Positions 20,822 to 33,000 of a stretch of DNA of 64,000 nucleotides are shown here, in pieces. The stretch comes from Dimorphilus gyrociliatus (taxonomy: Eukaryota > Animalia > Annelida): assembly GCA_904063045.1 (NCBI GenBank), contig CAJFCJ010000026.1, positions 164,964-228,963 of the forward strand. Reading direction: 5' to 3'. Numbering within the stretch: the first letter of the stretch is position 1; every line of letters begins with the position of its first letter. The notes beneath the pieces were generated by a model. That model was not told where the DNA came from. It did no database searches and saw only the letters and a list, made by a program, of their open reading frames with translations. The translations under genes were made by a program, and so were the position numbers.

Positions 20822-23800
20822 ATGTCCACTCATAGGGCACGTGCTCCAACCTTCCTTCAAAAGCCCGCAATTCGACAAGAAGATGGCGGCAAGAAAATCG
20901 TATTTGAAACCCGCACTTCAGCCGAACCTATTCCAAAATTTACATGGTTTCGGAATGATATCGAATTGTCTGATGGGGGACGGTATAAATTTGTTTCAAA
21001 GGATGAAGGTAATTCCTCCTACTACGTTGCTCTCGAACTATCTGATCCTCAGCAAACCGACGCTGCTACATATAAAGTTCATGCGCAAAATGCTCATGGA
21101 CAGAGTACAGCGAACTTAAAATTGAATTTTGATACCGGAGCCTCCAATGGACAACCTCCTAAATTCACTGCAAAACCCGTAATAAGACAAACAAGTACTG
21201 GGGGTGTAGAGTTTGAAGTGTCGCTTATTGCTGACCCTTCTCCAACTATAACTTGGTCAAAGGGGACTACAGCATTAAAGGATGGAGGACGATACTCTGT
21301 ATCTACTCGTACTGATGGTATCTCATACGTGATCTTACTTCAAATAAGTCAGGTTGAAGCATCTGACGGTGGATTATACGTTGTGAAAGCTTCAAACAAA
21401 CATGGGGAATCTAATGCAAGCCTGCAATTAAATCTTGAAAGCTCAGCACCATCAGACGGGCAAGCACCTAGTTTTGTAGAAAAGCCCAGTATTAAGCAAG
21501 AATCAAATAGAATCGTTATGTCATGTGTTGTTCAAGCTCAGCCCAAACCAGAGGTTGATTGGTTTCATAATGAAAAGAAAATATCTACATCAAATCGCAT
21601 TAGTACTTCAGTTACTGAAACTTCATCAAATTCTTATCGTTTACAATGTATAATAATGGTACGTACTTGATTTTTTCCTATAAAGCTTTTTCTGTAACTC
21701 TCTAGCTACATCCTCTTTTTTTTAAAGTTAATTCTGTTATCTATCTCACTTCATTATTTTATTTTCTGTTTTGTGTATATTTTTGCTCTTTGCCGTCACT
21801 TACTATCAATGTAATTAAATGCCTACTGTTTCAAGAACGCCATTAGCGAAGATGGAGGAGCCTATAAATGTACAGCGCGAAATCCTTTAGGCACAAGTAA
21901 TGCCAATCTCAATTTAAATATCGGTAAATATCTTGAAAATAAGATATATGACTTTTTAATTACATCATTTTAAATGTCCGTTTGAGTTTCTGAAAATGAT
22001 TTATAACAGAAAAGTCAAAGAAAAAAACCTCTCAAGCTCCTTCCTTCACCCAAAAACCAAAAATACGCCATGATAGCAAGACAAACGCTGTAACAGTTGA
22101 ATGTTTATGTCAAGCGGAACCTGAACCGAAAATTGTGTGGTTGAAAGACGGTATTTATTCTTATAAAAATACCAACTAAAATTTATTCTTCGTTGAAACA
22201 TATGCTATACAGGTTCTCCTCTTCCGAAAAATCCCCGATTTCGTGTGTTATCTAGCAAAGAAACTGATATTTATGTTCTAACTTTAACGATTACTGTAAT
22301 ATTTTTAAAAACTTTATTCTATAAAAAATTTCTGTACACTTTTTTTTTCCATCAAAAGAATGCCACTGTCAAAGATGGCGGTACTTTCAAAGTAGAAGCA
22401 AAGAACGAAGTAGGCGAGGCTAGTGCAAATATAAAATTGAACTTGGAAAGGTAAGAATTATATATTTCTCCACTGCTAATCAAATATATTATCGTTCTCT
22501 GATTATTTTTCTATAAAAGTGGCCAACAAAAAGCGCCAGCTGTACTTGGTCAACCGATAATAAAACTTGAAAATGACGGAGAGATGCTTCTGCTTGAGAT
22601 GAAAGTTACTTCATTTACGAAAGTATAAACTAATACCCTGTAGGAAAGAAAATAAATAAATACGAACAAATTTCTAATCTGTTTAAACAGCCTACTGTAA
22701 ATTGGTTCTTCTCCAATAAGAATTTAAAAAATGGAGGTCACTACTTTATAGATATAGCTAGGGAAGATGATGATTATGTGCTTATATTAGAAGTGAATCA
22801 TGTAAGTTGTTAATTAGACTGCATAACTCATAAAGGTCAATAAAAAAAATAAAATTAAAGGTAACGGAGAGTGATGTTGGAGAATATCGATGTACCATTC
22901 AAAATAGCGGAGGTGAAATAGTTAAAGTGATAAATGTTACAAAAAAAGGTTAACTTTTTTATAGTTGAATGAATTGCTGATAATTTTCTTTGGAATAATC
23001 AAAATAATGTTTACAACAAATTAAATAATAGATATATTAAACGACGCCAAGAAGAATGAGGAGGAAAAAACGGAAGAAAACGAAACTAAGTTAAAGAAAA
23101 AGAAGAAAGATTCTGCAACTAAAAAGGAAAATAACGAAGAGGTGAAGGAAGAGATTTCACCTAAGAAAGCGGAATTAGAAAATTCTTCCAAGACTAATCA
23201 GGTCAATAACGATGAAAAAGTCGTTAAGAAAGATGAAAAGAAAACAGTAAAAAAGGTAGTAAAAAAGAAAACCGTAGAACCTGAAAAGAAACAAACAGAT
23301 AACGATAACAAACCAGAATTTTTGAAGAAAAAACTAGGCGGATTAAAAACGAATCAGGTTAAGAAACCGGAAGTAACAGAAACCGGTTGGGGTGTAAAAC
23401 TGAAAAAATCAACACAAGTAAAAAAAACTGATAACGTTGAAGAGACTGCATATAATTTAAAGCCAGTTAAAAGGGGATCTGAGCCAGTTTTTACAGATAA
23501 AATAAAAGGCATATCGACTAATGTTGGTAAATCTGCCGAATTTACAGCAAGAGTTTCAGGCACAGAACCATACAAAGCGGAATGGTTCTTGGATAGCAAA
23601 AAGATTGAAGCCGAAGGGTCAGATAACATACATATTTCGATATCCGGCAAAGAGTTACGTTTGAAACTAAGCTCTGTTACAAATGAAGATGCCGGCAGAT
23701 ACCTCTTGGTCGTTTCGAATGACTATGGAAAATGCGAATGCTCTACAACACTCGTTGTTAAAGGTTGAGAAAACTATCTATATTATCAGAATTATCTCTC

Positions 23801-24022
23801 CTTATACGAATCGTTACATTTCTTCTCCAGATGTTCCGGAAAGGAAAAGCCAGTTTGATAAACGTAAATCAACAGATAGAGGAAAACGTAAGTACATACT
23901 ATTGAAGTCTATTTTTAAATAAACCCTAATCACCACACAGAATCTGTTCCCTCGATCGTTATGGAAGCGGATAATACTAAAATACCAACCGATACTTTGG
24001 CTCCAAAAGGTACAGTATATAT

Positions 24023-24063
<41 letters not shown>

Positions 24064-27000
24064 TTATACACTTTTGATCGGATATAAAATCTTAATTCGA
24101 AAGCTATCATCCTAAGAAAAAAAATCAGAGATATTTTTAGCGTATACTTTATCTACTTCTTTTATAATTGTATATATAATAAACGCTGGGTTGTATACAC
24201 TTTTACTGTATATATAAATATATATACATATATATTCTATTGACTTTCGAGTCCAACTTGGTTCAGTTAATCATTTATTTTATCGTTCATCTTCATTTTT
24301 TTTTGGGTATTTTGTTCATCGACTTATAACGCAGACATATCGCCGATTTCGTCACGAGAGGGCAGTAGGAGTCCATCACCCTCAGCAATAGAGGATGGTT
24401 CCCACCCAGAAAGATACAACAAACACACAGGCCTATTGGCAGGAACAAGAAAGCCTAGTATAATTTTAGAGGAGCTTGAAGAAAATACCACAGATGGTAA
24501 ACACAAAAGATACTGGCTTTTACAGTAAAAGCCTGAACTTACCGAGAGTTCACTCGCTGACACTATTTTCAGAAATAACGCATGAATGTTAAATAGACCT
24601 GTTCAAATAGGTCTATTTTTTATGTTATATCAAGAAGAATGTATTTTACACATCTTACTTGATTAGCGTCTTTGAAAACTATCGATAATAGCATTTTATT
24701 AATGAAATAGCCATATATATTTCATCCCACTAATCGTGTGTCGGTTTAAAGGAAAAGCCCTTTACTTGAAAGAAATTAATTTCTATTCTGATAAAAACAG
24801 AGGAAATGGACGGCCTCTCGCCTGATATGTTAGGTTTTAGGCGGGGTTCTCGTCGCCTAAGCAGACCTGATTTAGAGGAGGAAGAGGAAAGCGAATACTT
24901 TGAAATTAAACCCAAAAATCAAGTTATTCCTGAAGGTAAAGCTTCGTGTAACACTAAAGGACTACCAAAAATTGAGCTACATTTATTTTATTACTATTTA
25001 TCGTAGGGGATCCAATGTTTGTTGAAGTAAAATTCAAGAAAAAACCTGGAAAAGTTAAATGGCTAAGAGCCGGACGCGACATTGTGGCTGATAGTAGAAA
25101 TGTCTTCCATTTTAATTCTAGTACGCTTATTGCAACATACGATTTGAAAAAGGCGAAAACATCAGATGAAGCTAAGTATACTTGCGTAGTTGAAGATGGA
25201 AATGGAAAGGAACTGGATCACGCTGGCTTTTCAGTATTTGTAAAAGGTAATTGAACGAATAAATAAAATAATTTAACATTGAATATGGTTTTTATATAGA
25301 TCCCAAAGATTCTAGTATGGATTTTAGAGCTCTTCTCCGTCATAGAGATAAAAAGAAGAAGAAAGGTGCTGACGATGGACCCGAGTGGGGTGAACTTAAA
25401 CCACGTTAGTCAAACATATACTGTACAAACTTCATCGCTTTATCTTCCTATTGTATACTATAACAGTTGAAAAAGAAGCACAAGACTATCAAAGAGGAAG
25501 GCGTATGTCTCAAATTGAATTAACTAGAAATCAACTTAAGCAAGTGCAAGATCCTGAAGAGGAAAAGGAGAAAAAGAAAAAGGTTAAAAAATTCATTATT
25601 CTCGCTAAAGCCCTTTTTAAATTCCTTCTTCTAAAAATATCTTATTGATTCATTCTGATTAAATTGGACTTTTAATGTTTTTTTTGTCTTTTTATAAGTT
25701 TCAAGCATGAGTTTAATTTTATATTTCTCATTGTTAGTTTTTGTGTATGGTAGATTAAAACGGCTCTCGTATATTTCTATAGCTGTTATTAGCTACAAAC
25801 AATTGAATATCTGAAACAGCATGAATAGACTATTATATTTTTCATGCTACTTACAGTTTTTTACTCTTTTCACTAATTGATTTCTGGCAAAAAAAGTAGC
25901 TAATCTTATTATTTCAAACAAACTCTTAGAAAAAAACGAGAAACAAATCTTATTGTAGAATAATATCTAGCAGCAAGAGAAGCAAGTTAGACGAATATCA
26001 CGGGAAGAGCCTCCAACTCCTATTATGGATTTGAAAAAAGTGGATGTAGAACAATTAGAAGTTCAACGTAAAAATTCGCAACAAATGAGACGAACCTCGC
26101 TGGCCGAGGTTATACCCGATTGGCCTCTTCTCTCGAGGCGTAAAGCTCCGGAGAAGGTATTTTTGCTCGCCAAGAGATCGTTACGAATCTTCACTTTTTA
26201 GCAGAACTATCAATTGCGCACAGTAATTGATAGGTTGTTGTGCTTTATTTAATGCACTTAAAAAGATTATATAGGAATTCTGGAACTAATAAAAATGCAA
26301 TCAGGATTAGAAATCTAAATAAATGTTGTTTTTTTTGTTACTTTAAATTATTTAGAATAAATGTTTAAATCATTGTTGTTACTTGCTCGTTAATAACTTT
26401 GTCATACTAATCCTAATTCTTTCTAATGTTCACTTGGTAAACGTTTTAATCGAATATGTCTATTTGAATTTATAGCCCCAAGATCATTGGATCGAAGAAA
26501 TGGCTGATGTGACTTGCAAAGAAAAGGAACAAAAAGTAGTATTAAGCTGCAAATATTCCAATTCTAATCTACCATTACGATGGTATAAAAATAAATTGGA
26601 GATATTTCAAGTTAGTATCTTTTGCTTAATAATAATTATTAATTTATATAGACCATTGTGAATATACATAGTTTATTAATGTTATTTTCGTATAGGGGCA
26701 GCGATATAATTTTTTAACTGTCGATGGAGAATTTCGTTTAATAATTAATAGAATTGGTTTAGAGGATGCTGGAAAATATACTTGTGAATGTGATGATAAA
26801 CTAACTTCTGCTTGGTTAACTGTTGAGGGAAAGAAAGCGTCCTTCTTCTTTACTCAAAAACTTTTAAAAGCTATGAAAGTTAGGCAGAAAAAAGAAATAG
26901 TTTTAGAATGTATGCTGTCAGATCCTAGACCTCACGTTACCTGGACAAAAGCGGGTGAACCCTTAGAAGTAAGTTAACCAATATAATTCAACAGCTTCAA

Positions 27001-30000
27001 TGTATTTTTCTTATAAATTAAAACTAACCAACTCCATGATTTAGTATACCCCTGCCAAATATGAAGTTTCTCGTCGAGATGCCCGCTGTTTACTTCGAAT
27101 TAAAAATGTACAAATGGAAGATGCCGTAGAATTCGGTTGTCACGTAGACGGTGACGACACACTTTGTAAATTGCAAGTTGACGGTTGGTATACATAACAG
27201 AATATTTAACTCTATATTATTGTACTAATTGGCTTTTCTCATATCTTCTTAGAACCGGAATTCGAATTAACTAGCGAATTACGTGATGTTGACGCTTATG
27301 AAAATGAAACAACAGAGCTTGTATGCGAAGTTAACGACGAAGATGCCGTTGTTACTTGGCTTAGAGAAGGAACACCAATAAAAATGGGAGGTCGATACGA
27401 GGAGGTTAAAAAAGGATTAAAGAGAATCTTAAAAATACACGACGTTGTAAAAAGAGATGAAGGAGAATATGCAGTTAGTGTTCAAGGAAAGATATGTAGA
27501 GCTAAAATGTATGTTGCTCCCGACGTTGTAATAAAGCAACCTCTTGAAGGTGGAAAATTTTTGGAAAGAGAGACACTAAAATTAAATTGTAAATTTAAAA
27601 ATCCTAAAAAATATCCTGTGCAATGGTTTAGAAATGGTGAAGAGTTGACAGCTAAAAGCGATAGGGTTAAAATCGAAAGTAAAAATGGAGAAGAAACTTT
27701 AATTCTTAACAATTTGAAAACGGACGATGAAGGGGAATATGTCTGTCAAATTGGACCAAGAAGGAAAACAAAATGTCAAGTTAAAGTAGACGAAGGTTTG
27801 TTTAAACAATTCCAACTAATATAAGTAAAGTGAAATATATAAAATTATGTATTATTTATCCAGCTGAGAGAGCGCCCGAAGTCGATTTAGACAAAATTCC
27901 ACGAGAAATAACCGTTAAAGCCGGCAAGAAGTTCGAACTAGAAATTCCTTATACGGGTTAGTTTAAAAAGAGAGTTTAAATCATTTAAAACATTTTTTGG
28001 CGGAACACCGTAATAATAATTGATAACAGGTAGTCATTTACCTAAGCAACGTCCAATTGATATAAGAAGTGATGACGAAAAACCTAAGGGTAAACTTCAT
28101 ATGGAATTCTGATTAGAGCTCGAATTTTTTTCTTGTTGAACTTTCCAATTAGCCAATATTGGCTAATGAGGAATTTATTTGTTTTGCAACTTTGCAAGCT
28201 TAAATGCAAAGTTGATTTTGAGAGAAATGCATAATTGTTTTTTAAACGTCTTTTTAACAACATATTACTAATTCCATTTTTCTATTCATAGGAACTCCCC
28301 AACCTGTCTCTAAATGGACAAAGAATGGAGAGGAAATCAAACCAAATGATTCGGCAAAGACTGAACAAAAGCCAGATAAATGCAAGTTAACAATCGACAA
28401 GGCTAATCGAAAAGATTGTGGAGACTACAAGTTGGAATTGACAAATGCTAGTGGCCAAACAAGCGTGCCCATTACACTAAAAATTATAGATAAGCCGTCA
28501 ACTCCTGGTGGGCCTTTAAAAGTTACTGACGTTTTCCGAGATAGATGCAAGCTATCGTGGGATCCTGTTTCGGATGACGGAGGTTCACCATTAGAAAATT
28601 ATCTTGTTGAAAGAAAAGAAGGACGAGGCCCTTGGGAAGAAGTTGGAAAGGTTCATGATACCCAATGCGGTGTAACAAATTTGAAAAAAGGAGCTAAATA
28701 TACATTTCGAGTAAAGGCTGTTAACAGTGAAGGAGAAAGTAAACCGTTAGAAACTGATCATGAAGTTATTGCTAAAGATCCCTGGGATCCACCCTCCGCC
28801 CCAGGAACACCCAACATCGTTGATTACGATAAGAATTATGCCAAATTAGAGTGGACAAAGCCAAAATCTGATGGTGGAAATGCAATTAAACGATATATTG
28901 TCCAGAAAAAACCTAAATATGGTGATTGGGAAGATGCAAAAACTGTTGGCCCCGATGACCTTTCAACCACTATCGATAATTTACCAGAAGGAAAAGAATT
29001 TCAATTTAGAGTTGTCCCCGTTAATGATGCTGGAAATGGTGAGGCTAGTGCAACTACAGAACAAATTAAAACAAAAGCTCGAAGAGTAAAGCCTAGAATT
29101 GATCGCAAAAGTTATGAACCTACTAAAAGGCTGAAAGCTGGACAGCCTCTTATTTTATCAGTAGAATTTATAGGCGAGCCCGCGCCAACAGCAGCATGGA
29201 GCCAATCAAATAAGGTTAAATATCTTTCTTTTCTACTCCCTTTATTTAATCAACTTACTTCTAAAAATTAACCGATTATATCTTGTAATCGTATGTTTAT
29301 TAAATAATGTTGATGGCTATTATAAAAGACGTAAAAAATTTAGAAAATGTAACCAAAAAGACAATATGCAGTATTGCAGTATAAAGATTTTACTGTATAC
29401 AAGTCTATTTTGCCACATGCTATTAATCTAATAGATCTAATGAATACAAATTGTTATTTTTTTTTTTTTATATACTAAAACTAACACATAACCTATTATT
29501 TTTTAGTCCATTGGGTTGCTTAATCAGGCATGAACCGAAAATATGCATCAGTCTTGCTGTAATTAACATAAAGTACTGGCAGGTTTAAAAAAATCAAATC
29601 CTACCTAAATACCCTTCACAGCCTTTACAGCCAGACAATGAAGAACCTCAAGTCGCAACTATGCAAGTAGAATTAACCGAGGAGGTAAAAGTAAAAATTG
29701 AAAAGAAATATTTATCCTGCTTCCCCTATCTCTATTTCTTGTTCCTTATCCTCTTTCCTTTTATATGATCCTATCCATCTCTCCTTTAAATATGAAACTC
29801 ACGTGAGCCACATACGCTACACGTGTAGTTTCATCAGTAGCAAATTGAATATATTACTTTAATTTGATATTTGTACCATATACTCTACTAACACGATTTC
29901 ATTATTTTAACAGGAAATCGAGGCCAATGATAATGTATCGATTACAACTCATTTATATAAAACAACTCTAAACTATAAATTGACTGCAAGAAAGAATACT

Positions 30001-33000
30001 GGCATTTACACTGTAACAGTTAAGAATGAATTTGGATCAGATTCCGCCGAGATAGATTTAGTTATTCTTGGTCCACCGTCAATGCCAGAAGGCCCGTTAG
30101 TTGTTTCCGACGTACGAAAAAATCATGCAAAATTAAGCTGGCAGCCACCTACAGACGACGGTGGTAAACCAATTACGGGATATGTCATCGAAAAACAAAG
30201 AGAAGGCGATGGCGTTTGGGAAAAAATTCCGAATGTTATTAAACCCTCAACTAATGAGTTTTTAATTCCAAAATTAAAAGAGGGAGAGAAATACAAATTT
30301 AGAGTTTCAGCTGAAAATGATAATGGCGTAAGTGAACCATTAGAAACGTCAACATCAACAACTGCTAAGGATCCATTCAAGCCTCCTTCAAAACCTGGAA
30401 AACCCGAAGTAAGCGATAGTGACAAAAAACAAATTACGATTAAATGGGACAAACCGACTAAAGATGGAGGATCCCCAATTCAAGGTTATAATGTTGAACG
30501 CAAAGATCCTAGAACTGGCCGTTGGGTTAGACTAAACAAAACTCCTGTAAAAGATAGAGAGTTCACAGATACTAAGGTTCAACCTAATAAAGAATTCGAG
30601 TATAGAGTTTCAGCTCTAAATGAAGGAGGTGAATCGGAACCAAGTGAAATTTCTAAACCTATCAAAGCAAGACCCCTTAAAGAAGCTCCAAAAATTGATA
30701 AAGACGCATTATTGGGGCTCAGTGGTCATCAGATAAAAGTTAAAGCTGGCGAACCATTAACTATTTCAGTACCTATGACTGGATCCCCGCAACCTAAAGC
30801 TGAATGGAAGAAAAATGATAAAAATGTCGAACCATCTAATAAGGTACAAACAAAAGGAAACGACGACGAAGTACAATTGCACGTTCCAACAGCTCAGAGG
30901 TCAGACTCTGGCAAGTATAATTTGAAGCTATCAAATGAATTTGGAAAAGATGAAGCTAATTTCGATGTGATTGTATTAGGTAAGCTAGTGTTTACAAGCT
31001 CCATAAGCTGATATAATCATTTAAATGTAATCAACAGATAAACCAAAATCACCAACTAATATTGAAGTAAGCGATGTTTTCGCCGAGAGTTGCAAATTAA
31101 GTTGGGGCGAACCAGAAGACGATGGTGGAGCAGATTTGACAGGATATATTGTAGAAAAATGTGAAGACGACTCTGGTATTTGGGAATCAGTTCCTACCTT
31201 GGGAGATGCTAACCAGGCTCAGATAAAAAATCTCACTCCTGGACACAAATATCAATTCAGAGTTCGAGCTGAAAATCCATACGGTACTAGTCCTCCAGCT
31301 GAAACAAACAAAGGAATTATTGCAAAGAATCCCTATGACGCTCCTGATGAGCCCAGAGATGTCAAAATTACCAAGTTTAACAAAGAGTCAGTGTCCTTAT
31401 CTTGGAAACCTCCATCATCGGACGGTGGAAATCCTATTAAAGGTTATAACGTTGAAAAAAGAATCCGCAATAAACATGGCAGGGGAGGAACAGACTGGCA
31501 AAAGTGTAATTTTGAAAAACCAATCAAAGAAACACATTTCACGGTGCCTAACTTATCAGAAGGATCCCTGGTTGAATTCAGAGTTTCAGCTGTTAACGAA
31601 GCTGGACTAGGGAAACCGTCGTCAACTACTGGAGAGCACATAGTAAGAGACCCAGTTTTCGAAGCAGGATCGCCTTCACAGCCGATAGTATCTGATATTA
31701 CACCCAATTCAATGAAGATATCTTGGGAGAAACCCCGAGATGATGGTGGAGGCAAAATAACTGGATACATTGTTGAAGTTAAAGACGAAGATGATGATTC
31801 TCCAGATGCTTGGAAAGAGTCATCGGTTTCTCCCGTGAGAGATTTATCAGCTACTATACCGAATTTGAAAGAAGGAAAGAAATATCAATTCAGAGTTCGT
31901 GCAGTAAATGCCGCAGGCCCAGGACATGCAAGCAAGCCAACCAATGAAGTTAAGGCCGAAAAACAGCCAGAAAAACCATCTTTAAATATGCGAGGAGTTA
32001 AAGATATAACAGTAAATGCTGGTAAAGAAATACGTGTTAATATTCCAATTAATGGACACCCAATCCCAGAAGCCAAATGGAAAAGAAACGATGAAAACAT
32101 AACCGGCAACGAAAAAGATGTAACGTTAAAGGTTACAGAAGAGGCAGCTATACTAATAATATCCAATTCGAAGAGAATGCATACTGGAGAGTACAACCTA
32201 ACTCTTACTAACCCTTCTGGGTTAGTGAATGGATCATTAAATATCACTGTACTTGATGTTCCTGCAAGCCCTGAAGGTCCTTTAAAAGCACAAAATATTA
32301 ATTCAACTTCAATAGGTCTTGCCTGGAAACCTCCCAAAGATGATGGTGGAGCTAAATTAGAGAGATATATCGTTGAAAAAAGACCAAAAGGTTCATCTAA
32401 ATGGTCAAAAGTTCCGGGTGTGTTTAAAGATAACGAAGCAGTTGCGAAAAATTTGGATGAAGGTCAGGAATATGAATTCCGTGTATCGGCTTTAAACGAA
32501 AATGGTACGAGTGAGCCGTTAGTATGTGAAGCTGCGATTACTGCGAAGCACCCCTTCGATCCACCAGGATCCCCAACAGCTCCAGAATGTACTGGAACAA
32601 CTGAAGATTCTATTACTTTGAAATGGAATAAACCATTGAAGGATGGGGGAAAGCCTATTTCTGGATATATTGTCGAAAAGAAAGATCCTACTACCAATAG
32701 GTGGACAAAAGCTCATATAGGCGAAATTACTGGTCATCAGACTACGGTAAAGGGGCTTGTCCAAGGAAGACCTTATGAATTCAGGGTAGCAGCTGTAAAC
32801 GAAGCAGGAAAGAGCAAGTGGGCCGAATGCGATTCAGCAATAGCACCAGCTCCTGAGCCAAGTCCTCCAAAAGCATTTATCGACCCATTAGCCCACGATG
32901 TTAATGTTGCGTTAGGCGAGCCTTTTAGAGTCAGAATAACTTATCACGGCCATCCAAAACCCGAAATTGTGTGGGAAAATAATGGTAAAACTGTTAAACC

